In this document: positions 1 through 12,397 of the stretch, piece by piece
Layout: every line of letters starts with the position of its first letter
Position numbering within the stretch: the stretch's first letter is position 1
From: Callorhinchus milii
Taxonomy: Eukaryota
Length of the DNA: 64,000 nucleotides
NCBI RefSeq assembly: GCF_018977255.1
Contig: NW_024704742.1
Coordinates: 37,946,001-38,010,000 of the forward strand
Direction of reading: 5' to 3'
Made by a program: the position numbers and the translations under genes
The notes under the pieces: model-generated
What the model was told of the DNA's origin: nothing
The model's input: only the letters and a program-made list of their open reading frames with translations
Database searches by the model: none

Positions 1-2699
1 GGTCCAAATCATGGAATCGTAGAATTTTTCAGCCCAAAAGGAGGTCATTCAGATCAATGACATAAACTGGCAGTGAGTAAAAGGCTGACTTTGCCAAAAG
101 TTTGCAAGACTGTCGAACATGTTGAAAAATAGAGCCAACATAGCATCTGATTTTTCAAATGTTGGGAACAATGGGTGTTTTGTTTTACTTACACATTCCT
201 TTTAAATGTATATTTTTCATAGCCTCTGTAATTGCCTTAGTAATACGATAATGCTTAGTAAAGGTCTTCAAAATCTAATTCTAATCTTGTATGCCTATAA
301 TAATTTGTGCTGTCATTAAATAAATTAATCATTGTGCTCTGGTTTCTGCCATGTTGTCTAAAAATCAATCACATCTTACATTTGACAGTTATTACTGGAA
401 AACATTGAGATGTTTTGATATGATAAAATCAAAGTTTGTCTTTGTTATTATAGTTCTTCAAGTGTTTTCCATTTGTGTGCCATGCTCTTTCTCTGTATCC
501 TGAATTCATTAATAATGGATTTATGTAGGAAGTGGTTTGGGTTTTACTGGTGGAAATATAAATTATTTTCTGCCCATAAATGTTGCAATTGTCGTAAGAT
601 TTCTTCCACATTTATTTATAACAAGTGCAGTATTTCATGCCAAGGTTTGGTATCCAGCCTGAAGCAAATCTGATTTATATTGCTTCATGATGATCTGTAA
701 TGCATTGCTGGGTAGCAGATGCAAGCTTACTTAAAGTTTTGTATGGTAAGCTTTTACCAAATTTAAAAAAACATAATAGCAGACTAGTCAGGTAATAAAA
801 CTTGTTTTGATTGTCACTTATAGCTTCAGTGGGTTTAACATATCAAAGTGACAAAAGCAAGTAACTGGTGAAAGTTAGTTTCTTCACTCTATCCTCTCGA
901 TTTACACTCGTGACTAAATTGGTATTTTAGGCGACTGAAAAAAAATTACTCCTGTATTATAAAATGAGACAATTCTGAAAATGTGCAACACATTGGTCAG
1001 TACCTGGATGCAGAAGACAGTTTAAAGGTCTGTGTGTGACTCCTACTCAGACCTGAACATTTCCCATTCTGTTAAATCTATACAAATGCTCAGTCATGGG
1101 TATTGTGTTTTAACTAACAATGAAGTGCGAAAAATTGTTTTAGCAAGCAAATGTATCAAGGTTGAGAGTCTTTGTCTGGTTTCCACAAATACTTTACAAT
1201 GTATGTTATACACTGTATTTTATTGTTTCAGTCACTGTAGAAAATTCTGAATGAAGATCTGCAGGTAGTTGATATATATTTACATGAAAAAACCTTTTCA
1301 TATATATCATTTATGAATCATTCACAATATACTTGTGAGTTGCCTCTAAGTTAACAAACCACTGCACTTGGTGACTTATGTCTGAGTTGTTGCTTACCTT
1401 CTTACCTGTATGTATGCTTCTTTGCTATTAGTAGTGGCCCTAGTCATAGAATATAGCAATGTACTGCACAGAAGAAGACTATTGGGCACATCGTGTCTGT
1501 GCTGACTCTTCGAACAAACATTTTCCTGTTTACCTCTGTTGTGCAAGGAACTTGTGAAATGTAGGTATCTTTTTTTAAATTTGCAATTTTCAGAAAATAT
1601 ATCATTGTTTTCCTGTTTATTTTAGGTCATTCTATGCCATGGAGCATGCAACATGCCTCATGCAAATGTCTTGCTGCTTATCCTCTGAGCTAATGATACT
1701 CTAATCACTGCTAAAGGGATCAGGAGAGTAAATTGGGTTGTCTCGTCTGAAATATTCCCTGCACCCATTACTATCCTTGTGGGGAAGCTCCCCACTTCTC
1801 TTTCCTCCGCTGGCTGGTTAAGATCAGGAATCTATCATGGGTGGAGCTGCAGCTGTTAACTTGCATCTTTCCACTCCATGGCAAATTGCAATTGTACACC
1901 AGTGAGATCCCCCGATGATCTCTAATTTCTCACTATGGGGTCTGTTTTCAGTGTTTTTTTTAAGTATGTGTGTGTGTGTTTTGCATCGTGTATAAAATCC
2001 ATGTATATAGAGACAATTACTAGTGCCCTGAATTATAAGAATTGCCCTGTAATTCATTCCATATACACATGTTCCACATGGTTTGCCCAACTCACTTAAT
2101 AATAATATTCCTGAAATTTGATATAGGGCCTTTCATGTCAGGATTTCTCAAATTGTTCACAGGATATACTGTAATGCCTGGTGACTATGGGCAAATAGGT
2201 CTGATATCTGTATTTTTCCAATCTCCAATGTGGTTTCAATTTTACCTGATCTTCATTATAAGGCTGTGGTTAAGACTGGGTAAAACTTGCAGGTCTCCAT
2301 CAAGACTGGTATTAGTCTTAACTTTGATTAAGGCACGCACAGGCATATTTTCATTCTCTTAGTCTGTCTTTATTTTATTTGCTTTGAAAGCAACAGAAAA
2401 TATTCAGGAATAGTTCCTAAAACATTTACGTGTTTTTGCACTGAGGATCATGATGTAGTTCAAGAAATGTGCTGATAGCTGAAAGATTTGTGTAACATGA
2501 AATTATCGAACCTCAGACTGCTCTTTCAACCCAATGAACGCAATCACCCTTGGTCTGATTTCTAGCCTGGACTTGACATGATGCTCATATTTCTGATGAC
2601 TGTGCTGCTGTTGCATGCTCGTCATTGCAGGGATTTAGCGATGGTTCTGTCGGTACAGGAATTTATCCAAAATACTTTTATTGACTATCCTCTTGGTGG

Positions 2700-2945
2700 T
2701 GGGAGAGGGTGGGGGTGTCGGGAGGTAAGTGAAGTTTCCTTGGAGATGAGCTGGCTCTAAAGTAACATGCTTGGCAACGGAATGTCAGAATCAAGCCAAA
2801 CCTCTGTGGTGGTCTCAGTCTGGTTCCTGGGCCAGGGGGGCTCCAGAGTGTTCCAAGGCACTGATCATGACAGATCAGCCAGCCTGGTCGATTAGCAGGA
2901 GTAGAGAGGGGCAGACTGGTCAGTAATGCAGAGGATTCTTCCCAC
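2700..2945 (+). repeat. Unclassified modular interspersed repeat, copy A (head plus arm 1)
   Basis: Aligns by eye with the reverse complement of 23525-23720 (ggtaagtga.gt.tccttggag...ctgtggtggtctc...ggcactg...tcccac). Strand is arbitrary. Confidence 0.65.
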
Positions 2946-2954
2946 TTACCTACA

Positions 2955-3175
2955 AGGCTAGGACACCGGGAGAAACTCTTTTTGATTAGTACCATGGGAT
3001 TTTTAATGTCCAGCTGAACAGGCAGATGGGACCTTGGTTTATTATCTGACTGCAGTGCAGCTGCAGCACTGTATTGGTGTGTCAACCTAGATTGTGTGTT
3101 CATAGTCCCAACATGGGGATTGAATCCACAGCCTTCTGACTGAGGTGAGAATGCTACCAACTGATCCAGGCAGAT
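2955..3175 (-). mobile_element. Old Deu-type (SacSINE1-like) tRNA SINE, 5' part
   Basis: Reverse complement has a tRNA-like head (gatcagttggtagcattctcacctcagtcagaaggctgtggattcaatccc) and a Deu-like body, similar to 34550-34860. Confidence 0.7.
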
Positions 3176-4654
3176 ATCAACAAATCTCCCTGGTCTATTA
3201 GGCTCAGCACCACCTGAGATTGAGTTTATCCATTGCACCCGGGGTGTGTGGGAGAAAGAGAGAGTGAGAGAGAGAGGGTGGGTAGGGGGATGAAGGTGAT
3301 GGAAACTTATGTGTCTCAGGAACAAAAAGTGTGTGGCACTTCAGGAAAAGCACTCTGTTGATGTCATCGTATCTCTGGTGAATAACACAAGTACTAAAAG
3401 TGGCCAATAATGGTGTTGAAAGGAAATGAAATGCATATTTTGATACCACCACATGCCACTCAGCAAGCTTGTTATATCAGACATCTTTACCAATTCACCA
3501 CTGCTTTCTAATACTCTTGTATTGTTGATTTACTATGATTCTGGGAGCATTTTCCAGGAAGCTGAAGTATAAAGGAGTTGAAGCAAAATTCACTCAACCT
3601 GTAGTCTCTTACAGAATAACGTGGTAAGTTTCAGATGGAAATAGACTGACCATTCATGGAAACATAAAAATTTCCTCAGTCCATCAAGTCTGCATCAGCT
3701 CTCAGAGTAAGTTGTACATTCAATCCCTGTGTCCTGCCGTATCCCCAAACCCCTTCAAGTCTCTAAACCATTGGTCCACCTGGCCTACCTTTTCAAAATT
3801 ACCAAAGGATTCCTAGCACATGTATATGTCACCATCTAACAATCAAATCCCTTTTAATTCCCAGGAAGTTCCTCTTTGAATCCTTACATGGTCCCTTGTA
3901 CCTTGGATGGTTCTTGGGTCAACAAGTAAATGGCCAGGATCTTTAAGTGACTATTTTTAAATTTGGTCTTTGAAAACCTGATTTCCTTCCCCGCCCCCCC
4001 CCCCCCCCCCACCCCCTCCCCCGATTACCTACTTATTGAAGATGTGATAAGGCACTACATCAAAGGCAAGGATTATTAGTATTATTGTTTTTATAAAATG
4101 TATTTATGGTGGAAATCTGTAAAAATTGTCTTTAACGATCCCTACTACTCCTTACATTTCCTACCCTGGTTTCTTCTCCGGGTGTGAGTGTGAGGTGTGA
4201 TGACCTGAAGTTCGTACACAGTGGGTTCAGTGCTCGTGACATACCCAGGCTTTGGAATGTGATCAGTCTGATGAGCTCAGTCGTCAAGTAAACAGGAAGG
4301 CGTCTCGCATATACTGTCATTAGGGAAAATTAGTTCCAAAATGTTATTTTTCACAAGCGAAGATAACAAACATGAATTACAGTATATATCCTTTGTGTCT
4401 AATTGTTGCCGCCTCTCAAATTATTCTATCATTGGTAAATATTTTGTGGGTTGACTCGTGCACTTCCTGATTTGTCACACCCGACATTTTGCCGTTCTAT
4501 TTCAAACAACTCAACATAACCCTTTTTCAAACGAACCTTCACTGGAACTTATCACTGTACATGAAAGCCCTTTACTTTCACATTGAATCCAGAAAGTCAA
4601 AGAACTTGCATTTTTACCTGCCTTATCACATCAAAATGTTCTTAAGAGGCATTA

Positions 4655-4852
4655 GTAGGGAGTTTCTCTCAGTATCCTGGCCAACAATCCCCCAGATAAA
4701 ACTGGTCATTTACTTCATGGCTGCTTGTGGGATATGCTGTGCATAAATTGGCTGGTGTGTTCACCTAAAAATAGTTAATACACGTTACAGTACATCCTGT
4801 AAAGATCATTGAGATGACTTCCCGATTTGAAAGAGGTTCTATCAAATGCAAG
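4655..4852 (+). mobile_element. Deu-type SINE, 3' half
   Basis: gtatcctggccaacaatc...gtgggatatgctgtgcataaattggctg...atcaaatgcaag. Confidence 0.7.
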
Positions 4853-5089
4853 AAGTCCATCAAGCCCACTTCTACAGATTCTTGAAACCTGTAGTAATCA
4901 TCTACTTCATTTGTGCATTCTGTTGCCTGGGGTAAGTATAGTATTGATACTCCCAGACAATCAAGTAAATTCTCCGCAATATAAATGCTGAAGTTATCTT
5001 TTGGGAAGTTGGATGTGTTGCCAAGAGTTAACCAATTATCCTGACACTGTAACTGTGTTACTGTTTGTTCATCTCAAACTGTACCTAAA

Positions 5090-5360
5090 GAAAGAACCTG
5101 CATTATTAATGTGCCTTGTGCCAAAACATCTCAAAGTGCTTCACAATTAATTACTGTTCATTACAGTGGCTGTTTTTGTAGGGAATCATAACAGCCGTTT
5201 ATGCCAGCACTATCCCACCAACGGCCATGAAACAAATGACCAATTAATTCCTACTGGCCAGGAATCTGGGAGAAACTCCCTTCGCTTTTCAAACAGCTTC
5301 GTGGGATCTTTAAAGTACACATGGAAAGCCAGACGGGACCTCGGTTTAAAGTCTTATATG
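5090..5360 (-). mobile_element. Old Deu-type SINE fragment
   Basis: Degenerate reverse complement of the same body and tail (aacatctcaaagtgcttcac...aaatgaccaatt...ggagaaactcc). Confidence 0.6.
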
Positions 5361-6190
5361 ACACAGGAGTGGTGAAGAATTGTGAATTATAAAAACCGCG
5401 CAGCCTGTTAGGGCCGAATGTTCTGTTTTCATGCTGTTCTTGACTTTGCAATTTAATACAAGTTACATTTGTATAGTGTCTTTCATGTCCAGAGGACGTT
5501 TTAAAGAGTTTAACGCTGCCTGTTGGCTACCTGAGCTGGGTGTGGAAGCCAAAGGGGGTGGAAGGGGACAGATGACTGAAAACATGGTCAAAGGGTATAT
5601 CGCGATACGGACCATGTTGCTTTGTAATTCAGACGGGGTGCTTAATTATGTTCCACACACCTGGCTGATAGAACTCGGTAGCTCAGATTTCCAGTGCACA
5701 GCTTCAATTCCCCCCCCCCCCAACCCACCCTTTTTAATTTCTATATCTTCTCGGCTTATTAAAATAACTTGCAGCTGGTATGTGTTTATTTCAGCACGTT
5801 CATGGGCTCACAGTTCGATCTGGTCATCCAGTGGAGGGCGACATCCAATGAGGGAAGGGTTCAGTGGGGTGAGAAAGTGGATTGGGAAAGTAGCAAGTGG
5901 CTAATGGGATTCCACAGCTAGCTTGGTCTGTGTCTGGAGTGTCTGTGTCTTGTGCTATAAAAAGTACACCACAAGTCCATTACCATTTTCATCAAAATGA
6001 AGAGCGGAAAGGACTGCCAGCCTTGATCAGCTTCTGAAGTTTATTCTATATGTAAGTTTTTTTTTACTTAGGTTTTAGTTGATGACAGTGACTAATAATT
6101 GCTGTATTTTAATGAGGTTTTGTTTGGCATCCATTTTTTTGTTTCAAAAAAATTGTTCTGATTTTTCATTCTTAAGGTGTGGATTCTTTT

Positions 6191-6361
6191 AATAATGATA
6201 ATAATCCTTGTATTTGATATAGCGCTATAACACGACATTGAAATGTCTCAAAGCGCCTCATAGAATGTACTGTAAAGTGAATTGACTGTATATTTTGTGG
6301 GAAAAACGCAGCAGCGAATTCTGCGCAGCAGTGTCCCACAAACAGTCATGGATTGAGTGAC
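6191..6361 (-). mobile_element. Young tRNA-SINE, 3' part
   Basis: (aat)n tail followed by ccttgtatttgatatagcgc and body matching the full copies. Confidence 0.85.
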
Positions 6362-7121
6362 TACATTTTTTTTCAGAGCTATCTTCTGTTCTTGGGATTC
6401 AAACAACTACAGTTAGAATTAAAACACTTTTCAGCAATATGATATATGTTGAAACACTATTAAATTAATCCTGTGCTAACATACCAAATTGAACTGGAGT
6501 CTGGTTTCTTCAACAGGGTAAAACGTCAGAATGGTAGAAAGAGAAAGCCATTCAACCAATTGAGTCTATTGCTGGTGCTAGCTTACACAATGAATCTGTC
6601 AACTCCTAACCCCTTCCCCTTTCCCCAATTGAAGAGAGCAATCGTTTGTTTACGAAGTGCATCTTGCTTGCAAAAATGGTAGAATAATTTTCTATCATGA
6701 GATCAGTGTGTCAAAGTTCGTTCACGTATCCATCTTTATCCAATAATAACAACTCATGTGAAGTCTTAGAGATTTGAGTATCACCTTTTCCGAGGGATTT
6801 CTGTTTTTCTCCCCATTGTTCCTAGACTGCATGCTAACTATAGCTTTGTAGCCAGCAACTCACGTACTCCCTGAGTTTGATCATTGCCAATTCGATGACA
6901 AGATCACGAAAGGTATGGATGAAGAAGGCCCTTTTTGGTTCAATTGATCTCAACTTCCAAAAAACCCAAGCCAAACCCCTAACAGGTAGGACGATCCTAT
7001 AGCGACACCTGAAAGTTTGTCAGACAGTGCTCGCAATGGCAAACTATGGGATTTCACGAGCCTTACGTGATGGGTGCTATATAAATGCAAGTTGTTGTTA
7101 AGTTGTTGTTTAGATATTAAA

Positions 7122-7392
7122 ACTCCAACAGTATCCTGATGCATACTTGGGGTCACTAAACCTTGGACCTTGCTATCCTGCACCTAATATTTTCCAGAAT
7201 AATTGGGTGTGTTCCTTTGGGGGGGGAGCAAAGGATTGGGGAGGAATTGGTGGTAGGGAGGAGAGTGCACATTACATTACAGAAGCACAGTCATTTTCAT
7301 GTGTAGGTGGATCTATGGAACTCTGGTTTGGATACCCTTGTGATGTGATGCTTGGTGGTGGATTTTTGCATGTGTCAGATACTCGGCTGCAA
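7122..7392 (+). repeat. Unclassified modular repeat, arm 2
   Basis: Shares catgtgtaggtg...ggattt..gcatgtgtcagatac with 41600-41779 and 54184-54400. Confidence 0.6.
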
Positions 7393-7652
7393 TGAGATGG
7401 TAGTGATTTTGATGCATAATTTTTCTTAGAAGGATTTAATCATTTTTATAGTGCTTCAACAATACTGCAGTCGTCCAATATTCCAGCTCCCTTTTTCTGA
7501 CTTAATTGAAAATAAAAATACAATACACACCTTTTCACAGCTGTTGACATGATAAATGCTGACATTCTGACTATACCCGAGTTCTGGAATGTGGCACTAT
7601 GCTGGGTGTGTGCTACTCAGCACTAATAATAATAATCCTTGCATTTGATATA

Positions 7653-8846
7653 CAACAACAACAACAACAACAAGATTCCATTTATAAAGCGCCTTTCACG
7701 TCAGGAGGACGTCCCAAGGCGCTGCACAGTTGGGTCATGACCCGAGCAGGGGGGAAATGGTCAGGGTGAGGGGAGGGAAGGGAGGGAGCGAGGAGGGGGG
7801 AAATGGTCAGGGTGAGGGGAGGGAAGGGAGGGAGCGAGGAGGGGGAAGAGAGTCGAGAGGGGAGCTGAAGGCTCGGTCAAAGAGAAAGGTTTTGAGACCA
7901 GCCTTGAAGGAGGAGAGGGAGGAAGCAAGGCGAAGGCACTGGGGGATAGAGTTCCAGAGCCTGGGGCTGAGAGGCTGAAAGCCCGACCACCGATGGTAGG
8001 GCGATTGGGGCGGGGGACGTGGAGCAGACCGGAGCCAGAGGAACGGAGGGTACGGGCAGGTAGGTAGGGGATAGTAGGTTGGAGAGGTAGGAGGGAGCAA
8101 GGCCGTGAATGGCCTTGTAGGTGAGGATGAGGATCTTGAAATCAATCCTCTGGGGGATGGGGAGCCAGTGGAGGCGAGCGAGGGTGGGAGTGATGTGGTC
8201 CCGAAGCCTGGTGCGGGACAGTACACGAGCTGCAGAGTTCTGAATGACCTGCAGCTTGTGGAGGGAGGTGCCGGGAAGGCCGGCGAGGAGAGAGTTCCCA
8301 TAGTCCAGCCTTGAGGTGACAAAGGCGTGAACCAGGGTTTCAGCAGCGTGAGGGGTGAGGTAGTGCCGTAGTCTGGCGATGTTCCGGAGGTGATGGAAGG
8401 CGGTGCCAGTTGTGGTGCGGATGTGAGGAGAAAGGACAGCTCAGGGTCGAACAAAACGCTGAGGTTCCTGACTGGCTTTGAGAGGTGGAGAGTGCAGCCT
8501 TGGATGCTGATGGTGTCGGCGCCTGAGGTGCGGAGGCGCTGACGTGAGCCAATCAGGAGGGCCTCGGTTTTTCGCACGTTGAGCTGAAGAAAGTTGTCTC
8601 TCGTCCAGGACTCGATGTCGGACAGGCAGGCTGTCAGGACATCGGTGGTCGTGGAGTTGAGAGGAGAGGAGGAAAGGTAGAGTTGGGTGTCATCCGCATA
8701 CATGTGGAAGTTAACTCCATGTCTGCGGATGATGTCACCAAGGGGGAGCATGTAGAGGGTGAAGAGGAGGGGACCGAGGACAGAGCCCTGAGGGACACCA
8801 CATGAGACAGTACGGGGGGTGGAGGAGAAACCATTCGTCGAGACAA
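7653..8846 (-). mobile_element. 5'-truncated L2-clade LINE (RT C-terminal part, 3' UTR, (TTG)n tail), frameshifted
   Basis: ORF 7807..8877 contains [16 protein letters not shown] and [11 protein letters not shown]; frameshift after DPELSFL; (caa)n at 7653-7673; 3' stem-loop at 7688-7723. Confidence 0.93.
7749..7840 (+). repeat. Perfect 46-bp G-rich tandem duplication in the L2 3' region
   Basis: ggggggaaatggtcagggtgaggggagggaagggagggagcgagga at 7749-7794 and 7795-7840. Confidence 0.9.
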
Positions 8847-10846
8847 AGCGCCTTATCACATCTTCGAGACGTCTCAAAGTGCTTCACAGAATATACTGTA
8901 AAGTGATTTGACTGTATATTTTGTGGGCAAAATGCGGCAGCCAATTGCACGCAGCAGTATCCCACAAATAGTCATGGATTGAGTGACCAATTTATTATTA
9001 TTTTTTAAGGAATTATTACCCCTGGAAATGCGATCCGCCAATCGACTAACAACTGGGTTCCTGTTAGGTAAACAGAGGCGTGTAGAGTAAGGAAACTTGC
9101 CCAACATTTTGCCCTGACGGGGATTGAACCAAGGTCTCTCGCTTGCGAGGCGAGTGCTCACTGAGAAAAATAACACTGCAAGTGTTTTGCCTTTGATGTT
9201 TGTGTAAAATGGAGTAAATGAAAGTAAATGGAGGATTTGGTACTGTGCAGGTGGTATGGTAATCTTACCTAGTTTATCATGGCAGTGGTGCTGTGTTAGG
9301 AGCCTTTACACCATGCTTTAGGCTTGATCCCACACACTCTGACCCCCAAGTTAAAAGTATTACCAATTAGGTCAAATTGACACAGTACAGATCAGTGCTC
9401 ACCTCCTTACCATCAGTGTTATAGCCAGCCAGCAGCTCCTGAATAGCATAACTTCAAAGGCTTGGGGCAAACACTCTCATTTAGTGAAAGAATGTCAGCC
9501 TCCAGAACTCAAGAGTTTTGAGTTAACATTTCTGGAGCACAGCTTCAGGATCATTTGAGAGAAAGAAAGTACTATTAACATCATCATATTCACAGTACTT
9601 AAAACCTTGGTCTCCCCCAGAGCTGGAGGTTGACTTGGACAAGTGAACGCACAGCATCATAGACATACAGTGATTTGTTGCTGATAAAAGGCATTTATTA
9701 GATTTGCTTCATATTTTTTTCAGTATAATGGAATATTGTGGGACATGATTTAAATGTCCTTTTGATTAAAGAAGGATAATTTGTTAATAATCAGATTATC
9801 TTGGAATAAAGTTCTTACAGCCCTCTGAATGTTAACTTCAGGCTCAGAAAACTTTATGCTCGGAAAAATGTTTGAAGGAGGTGGTTGTCTGTCCTCTGTT
9901 TTTAGTTGACATTCTCAGCTGTATTATGTCAACAAGAATTCATCAACCTCAGCTTGCTATTTTTTTTAGAAATCAGTGCATTTAGTGGTTTATGTGGGCT
10001 GGAAAGAATCTCAACACTTTCAAATTCAGGACATTTTTTTTAATCCCTTAAAATGAGATTTCAGCAGTTCAGATTAGTGACCGCAAGACCCACTCTTCTG
10101 GCCACTCAACAGATTATAAGGGCCGCCTGCAACAGGCACATTTACTGCTGACATCCCACTTTGAGTTCCCTACTCTGTCCAAGATATTTCTTCGGAATTT
10201 TGTCATGAATATTGCAAACCTATAGTACAATTTTCTTTTATCTTGTTAAGTTGCGGTGCATTATTGTATGGACAAAATTACTTTTTGAGGTTGTTAGCAA
10301 GTTCAAGAGATACCGTAGACAACAACGACAACTTGCCTTTCTGTAGCATCCTGCTATAAAGGAAGAAGAGGAAGAGAATAGTCTTGAGATATGATCTGAA
10401 GAAGGGCAAGGAATGGGCATGGTGGAGGGATGTATAAAAGGATCCTGGGAAGGGAACCAGAGTGGTGGGTTATGGTTGGAGTATTAAATTGTTGTGAGCT
10501 GAGAATAAAGAAGTTACTTAATACATCAATGTGGATTGAGAATCATTAGAATCAGTGTTTCATTCTATCAAGTTGCAGCTTTTGTTGACTAAATTCCATC
10601 AGGACTTTGGAAGATTTCAAAATGGTAAAATTTGATCTTCTATATTGTCCATAGGCACACAGGTAAATTTAAGAAAATCTATTTTTCCGACAATGTGTTA
10701 AAAATTGAGCAGGTTAAATTTATCAACCTGTTTGTGGCTCAGCTTCTGCTGTCAGTTCAGTAGCTTAAGAACAGGTATCTAGAGTGGAGCCATGTGTTGT
10801 GTACATCTGCATTCCAGTTTATACTTGCAGAGTGCTGAAGCATATT

Positions 10847-11188
10847 GATTAGAGTGCTCACCTTGCAAGCGAGAGGACCTGGGTTCGATTCCCGGGTGCG
10901 GCGAAACCTTAGGCAAGTTTCCTTACTCCACACGCCTCTGTTTATCTAGCAATAAATAGAAACCAGGCTATTAGTCAATTGGTGGATTACATTTCTGGGG
11001 GTAATAATCCCTTCAAAAATTTGTCACTCAATCCACGACAGTTTGTGGAACACTGCTGTACATAATTGGCTACCGCATTCGCCCACAAAATATACAGTCA
11101 ATTCACTTTGCAGTATATTCTGTGAAGCGATTTGAGACATTTTGAAGACATGATAAGACACTATATCAAATGCAAGGATTATTATTAT
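10847..11188 (+). mobile_element. Young tRNA(Ala-like)-derived SINE, near full length
   Basis: Anticodon arm ctcaccttgcaagcgag, B box ggttcgattcc, body, and tail aaatgcaaggattattattat. Confidence 0.92.
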
Positions 11189-12169
11189 GTCTTGGTTATT
11201 TTGTCAGGATACATATCTGAAATGAACTTTGCATTATTGGATTCTGCGTGTGAATATCATGTTGTGAAATTTATGGCCAAGTTCATATCTGGGCAAATCA
11301 CATTTGATTAAACAATGAGAAAAACACCCAGTGGTTTGTTGGACAGACTTTTGGGGCTTTGCTGGCTTGGAATTCATGAGGCTGGCCTTAAATTTCGTAA
11401 TCCAGTCCTGCACAAAGCAGAAGTCATGATTAATGCAAGAAATCTGGTTTGTGAATGTTGCATTTTGGTTCCTTATTGTGACAACTTGGTTTAACTTTTC
11501 AATGTCCTTAGTTACAAAACAAACACGACACTAGTGAAGGGGGTACCACACAGCTTTAACATAAGTAGCTGCCAACTCCATTGAAAATAATCTTTGTTCG
11601 CATAAATGTTTCCTTTGTATGAAAAGCATCCGGCCTGTACACGTTTTTTGTGGAGTGAATTTTCTGCTTGTTGACAAACGACGTATTGTGTTCTTGATTC
11701 TGTTATCCATCTACTTTCCAAAGCATTATGTGACCCCTCTTTTCATATGGACCATGGACTTTGTGCCGCTCTCTTTGTACCACTGAGCTGGCTGTTCTTT
11801 ATGCTTACACTGTAACCATGCTGTTTGAGAGTGGTTAGGTCATCACAGTGAGTGGCATTTACTTAGATGTTTCATGCTACTTTTGTTATGCACTGTTTAT
11901 CTCTGCCACACCTGTAGAGGTGTTCTTATTGCATGCAATTTGTTTCCTCAAGTTTGATTCGTAAGAGGAATAAGCTCCATAAAGCCACATTTAGAAAGTT
12001 TGAGGTAATGATATCTTACAAGCAAGTGTCACTCACTGGTTTTGTAGAGATATTTGTTATACTTTGTGGACTGTAAGGACACATCCTTTATATGAGTGAT
12101 TCAAGTGCGATCCTGATTTTGCTGCATTCTAGATCTTGTGCTATAATACTTTAATTCAATTATAGGAAG

Positions 12170-12397
12170 AGCATGTTGCCCAAAAAATACACAGTGAATC
12201 CACTTTGCAGTACACCCTGTGAGGGCTTTGCTGTGTGGAATGATTTCCTGCCCCCAGTGACTAGTCTGCCCCTCCAAGTCCAGCTGATAAACAAGGTTAG
12301 CTGGGCTATCATAAACAGTGACCTGGACACCAGAGCCTTTTGAGATGTCTCGACAACTTGATAAGGCACTATCTCAAATGCAAATATTATTATTATA
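12170..12397 (+). mobile_element. SINE 3' part interrupted at about 12231-12335 by a modular-repeat fragment
   Basis: The consensus gtgaagcgctttgagacgtc is split into gtgagggctttg ... ttttgagatgtc. Confidence 0.75.

Larger units (their letters stand above)
7624..9165 (-). mobile_element. Young tRNA-SINE split in two (7624-7652 and 8847-9165) by an L2 insertion
   Basis: The tail taataataataatccttgcatttgatata stops at 7652. The consensus continuation agcgccttatcacatc resumes at 8847 and runs to the tRNA head at about 9165. Confidence 0.9.

Noticed and set aside
965..1060. Penelope-like or hammerhead ribozyme remnant; CTGATGA cores also near 4268, 53141 and 62621
   Set aside because: No intact CUGANGA...GAAA core with flanking stems could be drawn.
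2678..3325. 215-aa minus-strand ORF
   Set aside because: Runs through an (AG)n tract, a SINE and the modular repeat; chance ORF.
5431..5904. 157-aa ORF
   Set aside because: No recognisable domain, crosses a poly-C run, and has no convincing splice context.
7807..8877. 356-aa ORF as a functional gene
   Set aside because: It is an accidental fusion of SINE tail sequence (start) to a truncated L2 RT; after the frameshift the rest is off-frame.
10244..10570. Possible second solo LTR (TGTTAAG start, TATAAAAG near 10434, AATAAA near 10504)
   Set aside because: No matching inverted 3' terminus or clean TSD found; suggestive only.
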